Assembly (NCBI GenBank): GCA_964016885.1
Contig: OZ024743.1
Coordinates: forward strand, 52,390,001-52,454,000
From: Eledone cirrhosa
Lineage: Eukaryota
Length of the DNA stretch: 64,000 nt
Direction of reading: 5' to 3'
Shown: piece by piece, positions 27,211-38,807 of the stretch
Position numbering within the stretch: the first letter of the stretch is position 1
Layout of the letters: every line of letters begins with the position of its first letter
The notes under the pieces: model-generated
The model's input: only the letters and a program-made list of their open reading frames with translations
Database searches by the model: none
What the model was told of the DNA's origin: nothing
Made by a program: the position numbers and the translations under genes

Positions 27211-27291
27211 ACCGTTTTAATCTTGTAGAGTTGATTAATGCAGCCGATCTTGCCAAATATGTTTCTTCATTGATAATATTAGGTTAGTATG

Positions 27292-27364
27292 AGGTCACCG
27301 ATCGTTGAGGTCATTAAGGTCATGAGGTCACTAAGGTCATCAGGTCACTTAGGTCATGAGATCA
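27292..27364 (+). repeat. AGGTCA hexamer array
   Basis: AGGTCA at 27292, 27308, 27317, 27325, 27334, 27342 and 27351; AGATCA at 27359. Confidence 0.85.
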
Positions 27365-27949
27365 CTGAGGGGAAATTATCCCCCGAGGCAAAGCAATTCG
27401 GAAAGACATCAGTTTCTTGTTTAATAGGGAACGGTCAAATGGGAGAAAGTTGCTGAGGAACAAACTTGTTTGTGGTAAAAACCTACCATTTTTAGTTACA
27501 ATAAAAATATTTCAAAATTTGTAAATAGAATTTTAAAAAAATGCCTGCATAGAGTGCTCCTTTTACCGGCCGTAAAGGATGATAGTTTTTTAATGTAATC
27601 CTTCACGATGGCATCACTAACCTTATTAGAACATTCTTAATAATGAACCCCTTTCTATTTCTAAGAACTTTTTAGTCTCTTCTTTGTAAATAGTGTATCA
27701 TACTTTTTTCTTTTATGCACTTTTTTAATATTTTAAATTTACAAATGTCTAGGGAAATAAATGATAAGAAAAAAGAAAAACAAAACAACACAAGAAAGAA
27801 AAGTTATAAGTATTTATCAGATTAACTATTGTATGTTGTATATTTATAGCATCAATATATATATATATAATAAAATAAAACAAGGACGAGTGGTGGGACT
27901 GAGACGCCTGGATTATTATGTGGAGGACAGTAAATAGAGACTTAAACCT

Positions 27950-28190
27950 TTAGCATATTAGTGGCCTCTCTACAGCCCCGGCGGACAGAATGGAGAAGGC
28001 GTTTCCTCGGAGGACGGCAAGGGAGACGCACTGGAAAAGCCATTCCAACTCGCGAGGCTCACACCTGCGGCTGGCCAGCTCAGCGCCTATGGTGGTGAGT
28101 AGGGAGATAGCCCTAGGGCCGAGGACACCAGAAGTCTCCACTGTCAAGGGTACAACCACAAACCTGTCGGAGAGCGACCGGTATTTGAAG
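27950..28190 (-). mobile_element. CRE-clade non-LTR retrotransposon, restriction-like endonuclease C-terminus
   Basis: KYRSLSDRFVVVPLTVETSGVLGPRA...LFQCVSLAVLRGNAFSI. Confidence 0.75.
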
Positions 28191-28566
28191 AGTTCAAGTG
28201 CTACAGATCTTCCCTTTTTTCACGGTGGATAAAAAGTTCTGTTGCATGAATGACTAAGGGATTGGTTTGATAGAATTTACGGTGAAGATATTCACATCAC
28301 CAAGGGGCGGACTGAGGCGCCAGGCTGAAAATTTCCTCAATATATAATTTACTAGCGGGACCCATGGACATTGAACGGAGGGAAAAAATTAAGAGTAGGT
28401 ATTTAAGAGCTGTCCGTCTAACTGTATATTATCTCTTCTTTCTGTCTTAGTTTATCTTGCTCTAAAATCATATAGCGTTTCACCAGCCCCTTCCTTCCTC
28501 AATCATTACATGGATGTGTGTGTATATAATAATTATTTTCTATAATGTGTCTATTTATGAATATGT

Positions 28567-29595
28567 ATGAGTAAATGTGTGTGTGTTTGTACTCTGTTGT
28601 CTGTGTTTCTGTCTATGTATCTATGTGTGTGTCTGTACTCTGTTGTCTGTGTGTCTGTCTGTGTGTCTGTACTCTGTTGTCTGTGTATCTGTCTGTGTGT
28701 CTACATGTGTGTCTGTACTCTGTTGTCTGTGTGTCTATGTGTCTACATGTGTGTCTGTACTCTGTTGTCTGTGTGTCTATGTGTCTACGTGTGTGTCTGT
28801 ACTCTGTTGTCTGTGTGTCTATGTGTCTACGTGTGTGTCTGTACTCTGTTGTCTGTGTGTCTATGTGTCTACGTGTGTGTCTGTACTCTGTTGTCTGTGT
28901 ATCTGTCTGTGTGTCTGTACTCTGTTGTCTGTGTATCTGTCTGTGTGTCTGTACTCTGTTGTCTGTGTATCTGTCTGTGTGTCTACGTGTGTGTCTGTAC
29001 TCTGTTGTCTGTGTGTCTATGTGTCTACGTGTGTGTCTGTACTCTGTTGTCTGTGTGTCTGTGTCTACGTGTGTGTCTGTACTCTGTTGTCTGTGTGTCT
29101 ATGTGTCTACGTGTGTGTCTGTACTCTGTTGTCTGTGTGTCTATGTGTCTACGTGTGTGTCTGTACTCTGTTGTCTGTGTGTCTATGTGTCTACGTGTGT
29201 GTCTGTACTCTGTTGTCTGTGTGTCTATGTGTCTACGTGTGTGTCTGTACTCTGTTGTCTGTGTATCTGTATGTGTGTCTGTACTCTGTTGTCTGTGTAT
29301 CTGTCTGTGTGTCTGTACTCTGTTGTCTGTGTATCTGTCTGTGTGTCTACATGTGTGTCTGTACTCTGTTGTCTGTGTGTCTATATGTCTACGTGTGTGT
29401 CTGTACTCTGTTGTCTGTGTGTCTATGTGTCTACGTGTGTGTCTGTACTCTGTTGTCTGTGTGTCTATGTGTCTACGTGTGTGTCTGTACTCTGTTGTCT
29501 GTGTGTCTATGTGTCTACGTGTGTGTCTGTACTCTGTTGTCTGTGTGTCTATGTGTCTACGTGTGTGTCTGTACTCTGTTGTCTGTGTATCTGTC
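28567..29595. repeat. 42-bp minisatellite (three 14-bp subunits) with 28-bp variants
   Basis: Unit GTGTGTGTCTGTAC-TCTGTTGTCTGTGT-GTCTATGTGTCTAC. Confidence 0.95.
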
Positions 29596-29786
29596 TTGTA
29601 ATTTCCTAACTAGTTGTGTTCTTTCTGGTTTTGTAAAGCCTAGATTCTCAAGATTTGTACTGAGGCAGTTACTAACATATCTCAGTGCCCCAATAATTAC
29701 AGGTATAAATCTGAAGGCATAGTAAAGGTGGAGTAGCTGCAGATTCCTCATTAGTTCTGGATAGATGTTCTACTTTTCGCTAATTT
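29596..29786 (-). mobile_element. R4/Dong-type LINE fragment
   Basis: MRNLQLLH..FRFIPVIIGALRYVSNCLSTNLENLGF matches 50400-50575. Confidence 0.85.
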
Positions 29787-30064
29787 GGACAATTTAGTTG
29801 TAGTGATTAGTTTAGTTCTTTGCACTAAAAAATGGTCAGAAAACTTGGATATGTGATAAACATAACATGTACATAAATTGTAGCGAATATCCAAATAGAT
29901 GTGTTTTGGTAGTTTGGGGAGAAAATATAATTATTTGAGCGCTCCTAATTCCACCGCCACTCTGTATATATTTAAAAGAAATTACGCTCTGTACCCTTTC
30001 CTAAGGGATTGGTATATTGAGCTTCTTCGTATTTGGTAAGAAACTGGTATTATACCCAATTTAT

Positions 30065-30552
<488 letters not shown>

Positions 30553-30675
30553 CGTCCTTGTTATTTTATTTCCCTATAATACACTCTGTCTAGCTTGACA
30601 CCTCGACACTGAAGTGAACCTAAACATCGAGTGCTCACCCGGGTGAACCTACAGTAACTCCAAGTTACACTCCCT

Positions 30676-30759
<84 letters not shown>

Positions 30760-30890
30760 AGTAAGTATGTTTTGAAACAGTGAGCGAGTTTGAAATTAAA
30801 AAATATATAGCTTTCACAGTATTTTTAACTAAAGGAATTTTAGCTTGATAACGGGGTTTAGAACCCTCAGATAAATGGAAAAAAATGAGT

Positions 30891-30962
30891 ATTGACGTAC
30901 ATGGGAGTCGAACCCACATCTGTGGTTATCGCGACCACTGTGCTACCATTACACCAACAATC
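30891..30962 (-). ncRNA. tRNA-like Pol III unit (pseudo-tRNA or SINE-like head) within a 251-bp terminally redundant element
   Basis: TGGTGTAATGGT A box, GTGGT/ACCAC anticodon-like stem, GGTTCGACTCC B box, oligo-T terminator downstream; acceptor stem poor; ~50-bp direct repeats at 30758 and 31009. Confidence 0.65.
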
Positions 30963-32371
30963 TCTTTCCATTCAAATTAGAAACTACATTCTTAGCGAGT
31001 TTAAATGGCAAGTAAGTATGTTTTGAAACAGTGAGCGAGTTTGAAATTAGAAAATATATATATATATACACATACATATATTAATTTATTATGGATATTG
31101 GTGAGTTTGTTACTCTAAAGTTTCACCTGTACACTCACAGGATCACCAGTGTTGTCAGGTGAGTTCACAGGTGAGTCTCCAGAGTAACAAGACTTAGCCA
31201 TAATAAAGGAATATTTAAACTCTATTTCCGTATTGCGTTTTCATTCTTACGTCCGTCAATTATAATTGACGTACTCTCAGGTCTTGAATAATCATCCCCA
31301 CCCCACCCCCGCTTATTAATTTATCAGACTCCCACCACTCACCCGCCTATTATATTCTGCTAATCTATCCCCAACAAAATTTTATTGTAAGTGATTCATA
31401 TTGATACAACAGCTGGAGAATCTAATAATTATTTTATTTTCCATTAAAAAAACATTTTATGACAAAAGAAGAACATTACAAGAAATCCCATATCTATCAA
31501 CGTACCCTATATAATTACTGATATCTAAAGCCCCCCTCCCATTATTGCCACCCCTCCTATTATTTGGGACCCGAGAGTGCCACCAAACTCTCCCTTTCTA
31601 TGTCTATCACATAAAACTCTCTTTTAATCCCCACTCCCCTCTGTATCTACTAAAACTAAACTCTACCCCTCTCTATATCTACCACGACATCGACTTTCTT
31701 ACCCCACTCACTATAACAAAGACTAATACACTCTCTCACTCTCTATAAATATCTAAACTCATCTCTCCCAATCCCCCTCTGTATATCAATCACCCTTAAA
31801 CCCTCACCCTCTCTATATCTACTACACGTCACTCTCCCATTATCCCCTCTGTATATCTACAACCACCAAATTCTCCTCCTCTCTATATCTACTACACGCA
31901 ACCCTCTTCCAATCCCCCTCTCTATATCAATTACCACTTGATATAGACGTGAATTACTTCGCTCCGGACTTTTACGGATTATTGTAAAAAAAACTGTGAG
32001 TTCATTGCTCAATTTAATAGCATTGTTTAGTTTAACCCCTTGCCTGGGCCTTCAGACGTTGAGTCAACTAATTTTCGCCCCTTTCTGGGGCGAAATTTTC
32101 ATTTTCATCTCAAAACTGTGTAGACTTGGTAGTCAGCAATGGATGCCATTTCCACCTCGCACACTGTCGTGAGTGCCACGCCCACTAAGAAAAGTGGTGG
32201 AGGGAAGGTAGGAGTACAAAGCTTGCAGCCTTCCCCCTCGCATTATCGAAAAACGTTGAAAATATTGAAACCACGAAACCAAACCCGGTAAATAATACCA
32301 GCACCAACAACAAGAACAATGACAATAACACCACAACCAACAACTGCAACAATAGCAACACCAAGGAAAAC

Positions 32372-33951
32372 ATGAACAATATTACCAACAGTGACAACAA
32401 CAGCAGCAACAAAAAAGACAACAACACCAAAACGACATTCGCACAGACTGTAAAAAAAAACGAACTATACACGCCAATAGACATAACAAATGCTAAACAA
32501 CTACTACAAGACGCAAAACAATTCGTGACTTTTGGCGAAAACGGTGCTTTTAGCATCAATTCTCCACAGGAATTACGTAGAGAGGTTGTCCTGAAAACTG
32601 TGGTTTTCAGGACAATATCGAACGAAACAAGAAAACCAGCTCAATTATCACAAAATGAAATTGAGCTGGTTCTAAAAGATGCAATGAAGGACATAACCTT
32701 CATACAAAAAGGTAAACTGTTTGGTAGCATTTCGGTGCTAATGAACAACCAGTCAACAGCACAAAAGTACTCTGTATCACCCATTGTGTCTCCCCGCTTC
32801 ACCTTTTCCCCACATACAGGGGAAAAAGGACACAAAGAATAAAAATAATGAGTATCACACCAAATGTAAATATTTGGTGGATACTATGTGGAATCATTGA
32901 CTTTGATGAAGACAAGATAATTTCAATAGGAAAGTCCTCCGGAGGTGTATTTGGTGGGACCAGCGTAGAAGTTCTGGTGCAAATGAGCCCAGAACGAATA
33001 GCGAATATCCCACAACGCGTGCCTCTGGACGGGCTAACTTATATAAACATTTCAGTGGAGGGAAGGCGGCCGTCATGTTACCACTGCTTAAGCAGGCGTC
33101 ACCTGAGGGCTGTCTGTCCTCAATTAACGAGTAAAAAAAAAAAGGCTCTTCTGCCAACCCCGAACACAACAACACAACCACCACCACCACCACCACAACA
33201 ACAACAACAACCACAACAACACGGAAAAATAGCAACACAAAACACTGTTCCACCCAACCCCTCCCCACCTAAAACAAATACAAAAGCAACTACAACAAAA
33301 CCACAAAATATACCCCTCCCCAACAACACGGAAGAGGACTCCGTATCAACGTCACCCAGTGACGACGAGGGAGAACCCTTTCAACAGGTGAAAAGGAAAA
33401 AAAAAGGCACCACATTAACAAAAATGCTACAAACACACAACCACCAGCACAAACAGAACAAACATCACAAACAAAAAAACCCACCCCTCCCCAAAACATA
33501 ACACATACTACAAAACGCAAACACGCACAAGAACAACAAACAAAAACAAACACAACACAACAAAAACTCTATACATACATTAACAAGAACAATAAAACGT
33601 TGATGAAAGCAATAGAAAATAACCCTTCGGTGGAAACCGAAGGGATCACTTTCACCTACGCAGCGAACAAACCGCACCTAATGATGATTAGGGTCCCAAC
33701 GGAAACCTATGTAACTTTGAAAAAGAACCACCCAATGCATGTGGGGACCAACTGCACCAAACCACTTACTTAACCACATCCTATTGAGATGTTTCCCCAC
33801 CCCCACACCAGACACCCACACCCCATCAAACACCCTAATCCCACCACACACTGATGTCCTCACCCCACCACAAACCACCACCCCACCAAACAACCCTTCC
33901 AACACCCCCATGGAAATTGTGCAGCCTGGTCCCCAGGAGACGAAGAGGTAA
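32372..33951 (+). pseudogene. Tx1 ORF1 (Gag-like), frameshifted
   Basis: CCHC knuckle CYHCLSRRHLRAVC followed by P/Q/T/K-rich region; split over several frames. Confidence 0.75.
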
Positions 33952-33993
33952 GTAATTTCATTTCCTCTTCCTTTTTAACTCTTCAGCACCAAC

Positions 33994-36898
33994 ATGGCCA
34001 ATATAAGAGTTGGATGTGTGAATGCACGCGGCCTGGGGATGTCCTGGAAACAGGGCAAACTCTTAAATGACCTCAGGTCGCACAGACTGGATGTAATGGT
34101 TATTTGCGAGTCTAGGATCAGCAGCGAGCGCCAACTGGCCCCCATCTTCGACGACTTTGAGATCTACGCATCTCTCTGTCAGCCGAGGGATGGGGGTGGG
34201 GTTGTCGTTCTGCTGCGAAAATACCTGGGTCTTGCCACACAGAAGGTACACCTGGATCCGGAGGGTCGACTGGTGGTTTTAGACGTCGGTATTGGTTTTA
34301 GACGTCGGCAGGGCTCTCTCAAGAGAGAAATAAGAATGGAATCGATAGGTTTTAGTCGGGAATTAGCATCAGATAGGAATAGAACTGAAAGGGAATTAAT
34401 AAATAGAGTAGAAGAGGCGATTAGGAGTGGCAACGTGGCCGGCGTGCTGGCGTCAAGAACGGCCCTAGACCAGTTCTTTGATGCGAAGCACGACGGCTGC
34501 GTTGTCAGGAGTAAAATACGTGCTCTGGGTAACGAGAGAGCCAAAGCTGTTAGCTGGGCCCGAGTGACAGAGGCAAAAAGTGGAAACAAGTCCACGATTC
34601 GGTCTTTGAAGGACCAGGATGGACGCGTGATCCTTGAACCTGAGCGGATGAGCGCGGCCTTTCAACGACGCTTTGCACGACTGTTCGAGAGGGGCGGCGG
34701 GCCGGATGGGGCCATGGATTTCGGTCCATACGTCGAAGGTCTGGCGCGGCTCTCGGACGGGGAGGCGAAGTCCTGCGAGAGGCCGATTTCAGCCGCTGAA
34801 ATAGGGGAAGCGCTGAGCCAATGCGGCAAACGCAAATCTCCGGGTCTCGATGGTCTACCATACGAACTTTATGTAGCGATGCCGGGCTTGTTCTCCGGTC
34901 TCCTCGAGGCGGTCTACTGCAACTGGCAACAGAACGGGAGAATTCCCAGTTCTGTGACCAAGGGCGTAGTCACGCTGGTGAGGAAGGACGAGAACAAGGG
35001 GGATGACATAGATAACTTCAGGCCCATAACTCTGCTAAACACAGAGTTAAAGATTTTGGCCAAGGTGTTAGCGAAGAGGTTGGCGCTTGTCGTCGGGAAC
35101 CTGGTGGGAGAAGCGCAGACATGCGCAATCCCGTCCAGGTCCATACACGACAACCTCCACCTCATGCGATACATCGTAGAGAGGGTAGGGTACGAACCCG
35201 GCTTTGGTGGGGACCTGATCAACTTGGATCAATCTAAGGCGTTCGATAGGGTTGACTATCGGTACCTGGATGCGGTGCTCGCGGCGGCAGGCTTCGGACC
35301 CGTGTTCAGGGGTTGGATTGCTGCAATGCACAGCAGCAACACCTGCTCGAGGGTCAAGGTGAACGGCTACCTCTCGGAGCCGTTCCAAATCACGCGATCC
35401 ATTCGACAGGGATGCCCTCTCTCCTCCCTCCTGTATGTGCTGGCTCTTGAGCCACTACTGCGGAAGCTTGAGCTGTTGCAGGGCATCCCATTGGAACCGG
35501 GATTGAGGAAAGCGGTGTCGGCCTACGCCGATGACGTGACAGTAATGGTGTCGTGCGCCTCGGAAATCGGGCAGATCGGCACGTTACTGGAGGAATATGA
35601 AAGGTTCACAGGAGCCAAGCTGAACCGGGACAAGTCCGTCGATTTGCAACTCGGGACGTGGAGGGGCAAAACGATGCCCTCCGACGGCATCGTCGGACGC
35701 TGGACGGAGGGACCGGTGAAGCTGCTCGGGGTCTGGTTCGGACCGGACCTCCAGGTGGAGAAAAACTGGGACGAGGCAAGGTCTTTGCACTCGCCCAGAA
35801 GTGGGCCGAGTGCAAACTATCCCTGAAAGGTCGAGCGGAGGTGGCGAACGATTATATAGCGTCCGTCATCTACTATCGCTTGACCATCGTGCCTTGCCCA
35901 GAGAAAACACTCGTCAAAATGGAGCACGCGCTCTTCCGATTTCTTTGGAAGAAGCGGGCTCCTTTGGTGAGAAGATCCATCTGCTGTCAACACCCTTCGA
36001 ACGGAGGGCTGGGGATGCCGTGGCTGACGATGCGTAGACACGCATTAAGGCTACGGCACCTCCAGGTATTCCTCACCGGTCAGCCGGTGTGGGCCCTGTT
36101 TGTGAGGCGAGCCTTTCCGAGACTCGTCTCACTCACCGAGCTGCAATCCTGGGTCAAGCAAAGACCGAGAAAAGTGGGCGACTGGCACATTGAATGTGCC
36201 CAGGCGCTCACGGCCCTCTGGCAAGCGGATCCGGCAATCAGTGGAGACTCAACCTCAACATTCTATAGAGGGTTGGTGCGCAGTAAGTGCGACGATGCTC
36301 TCGGAGAGGCTCTGGGCATGGAGGAAGACGAGCTGGCCAGTCTGTTCGGTAGGACGTTTGGCCCGGGACCGATGGACAACTTCCAGAAGTCTCTGGCTTG
36401 GCAATGTTACCGAGGAACTCTATCCGTTCGGGACAAGCTCTACAGACACGGGCGCCCGGGTAGGGACCCCTCGAAGAAGATCTGTCCAAGATGCGTGCGT
36501 GACGAGGAAACCGTCGCACAGGCATTCGTACACTGCCCGGGCGTTGCTGACTTGTGGGGCTATGTAGAACGACTACTGTCGTGGTGGGACCAATCCGGTT
36601 GACCACCGAGAACATTGTCACGATCAAACCGCCTCCCCCTTTCAAAAACGAAGGAGAGGCGGTTTTCCTCTGTGTGATAGCTATGGCGAAAGAAGTTGTA
36701 TGGTGGACAAGGTTGAAAGGGCTGAGGTCAGACACCTTTCCCTCCGGCCAACAACTGGTCTTTTTTTTCAAGTACCACTTTAGAAGAAGGATCAGAATGG
36801 AGAGAGAGGTGCTCTACCCCAGCAAGTTTTATGAAAGATGGGTGAAAGTAGCGAGAATGGCCCGAGTGAATGGGCCTTCTCTCTATATCAGCCTGTAG
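33994..36898 (+). pseudogene. Tx1 ORF2 (APE endonuclease, reverse transcriptase)
   Basis: NARGL, KSPGLDGLP, FRPITLLN, LDQSKAFDRV, RQGCPLS, AYADD, CPRC..ET..AFVHC. Most of APE deleted near 34290; frameshifts near 35775 and 36585. Confidence 0.93.
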
Positions 36899-37507
36899 GT
36901 GAGAGAGGAGAAGAATGAGAAGAGGAAGGAAGCACCCGCTCTTTGTGCTCCTGAAGAGGAGGGTTGCACATTTTTTCGGGGGTGTGTGCGACCCATGTCA
37001 ACGCCCCTCCCTATTGAGGACATCGATTGTTAAATTTAATTTGTTATATGTTTTTTACACGTCTTTTTAAATGTTTGTAAACTCCCCCCTTTGTATTTGT
37101 CCCAATCTTTGATGCCCTGGTGGCAAATAAATAGAAATATATATCTACTACACAGAACTCTCTCCCAATACCCCTCTCTATATCAATTACCACCAAACTA
37201 TCCCCCTCTCTATATCTATCTCTCCCATCTGTCTCTATATAACATGTACATAAATTGTAGCTTGTATCCAAATAGATGTGTTTTGGTAGTTTGGGAGAAA
37301 TCTGCCCCCCCCCCCCCCCCCCCCCCCCCAGTTCCGCCACCCCTGTGTATGTATACAATGTATACATAGATATCTCTAAATATATATATATCTCCTCTAT
37401 ACGAAAGCCTGTTAAAATTTCATGTTTTTATAATATATATTTATATTTTCTATATATCTTGCCAGATATTGTTACGGTAGTGTTAGAAGTTTTTTAAAAA
37501 TGGTTTG

Positions 37508-37813
37508 GGTGTTAAATAGTTAGTTCTATATAGTGAATAATTGTAGACTTTAGTGTTAATAGTTAGTACTATATAGTGAATAATTGTAGACTTTAGTGTT
37601 AATAGTTAGTACTATATAGTGAATAATTGTAGACTTTAGTGTTAATAGTTAGTACTATATAGTGAATAATTGTAGAATTTAGTGTTAATAGTTAGTACTA
37701 TATAGTGAATAATTGTAGACTTTAGTGTTAATAGTTAGAACTATATAGTGAATAATTGTAGAATTTAGTGTTAATAGTTAGTACTATATAGTGAATAATT
37801 GTAGAATTTAGTT
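37508..37813. repeat. 43-bp minisatellite, about 7 copies
   Basis: TAGTGTTAATAGTTAGTACTATATAGTGAATAATTGTAGACTT. Confidence 0.95.
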
Positions 37814-38089
37814 TCAAGGAAACCAAATACATGGTAACATTTGATGTAAATCTCTCTCTCCCTCTTTATATCTTGATGCAGGGTGTTGAAATCCCTCACG
37901 GAGGAGGAACTCCTCCCTGGACTCCTTTCACCGACTTCTGTCCCTTGTCATCGTATAGTACGCACCCCTTGTACACCCACCATCTACTGCCCCAAGATAC
38001 ATTAACACAATAATCCCGGCTACCTTATCGTTTCAGTCTGTAACTACCCTACCGAAATAATCTCTCAGTACCTTGACACCTGCCCCCAC

Positions 38090-38735
38090 TCCAAGCAACC
38101 GACCTCCTCTCCCACATCTACAACACTAATCACACACCCTTCGACTGTTTAACTCCCCCACAGCCTCCGTACTCTTACACATATTTCAGACTTCTGCCCT
38201 ACCCCCTACCCTAGTATTTCTACTTTTCTCCGCCTTATTGAGCTTGTTCTCACTCTCAATGGTTTTTCCATTTCCGGAGAGTTTTACCAACAGGTCTCTG
38301 GGGTTGCTATGGGTACAAGAATGGGGCCTAACTACGCCAACCTCTTCGTTGGTTATGTTGAGGCCATGATCTTCACCCAGAACACTGGTCCGACCCCTGA
38401 GTTATACGGTCGTTACATTGACGATTGTATCGGCGCCACCTCTCTCTATCAACAGCTCGACTCCTTTCTTTCTTTTGTCTAATTTTTCCATCCTGCCCCC
38501 ATCTTCACCACTTCTGACTCCAACTCTTCAGTCCAATTTCTTGACCACTCTACCTCCATCTTCTATAAACCCACTGATTCCCACTCCTACTTCGTCTTCA
38601 CCTCCTCCTATCCCACCCACAATAATCTCTCCATACCCTACTCCAATTCCTCCGTCTTCGTCGGCTCTGTAGCCAAGTCCACGATTTTGAAACTTAGTCC
38701 CAACACATGGCTTCCCGCTTCATCCAGCGTTGTCC
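38090..38735 (+). pseudogene. Penelope-like element reverse transcriptase relic (not in the ORF track)
   Basis: LIELVLTLNGFSISGEFYQQVSGVAMGTRMGPNYANLFVGYVE..YGRYIDDCIGA (YIDD at 38414-38425); FYKPTDSHSY..SIPYS..FLRLRRLCS. Confidence 0.88.
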
Positions 38736-38741
38736 CCCCCC

Positions 38742-38799
<58 letters not shown>

Positions 38800-38807
<8 letters not shown>

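Larger units (their letters stand above)
31938..37138 (+). mobile_element. L1/Tx1-clade LINE, near full-length, disrupted
   Basis: ORF1 with zinc knuckle, ORF2 APE-RT-Cys, 3' UTR ending AAATAAATAGAAA; 5' boundary approximate. Confidence 0.9.

Noticed and set aside
28567-29722. 344-381 aa Cys/Val-rich ORFs
   Set aside because: Open in all three plus frames because the 42-bp minisatellite lacks stop codons.
30891-30962. Functional tRNA gene
   Set aside because: The acceptor stem does not pair and the anticodon loop lacks U33.
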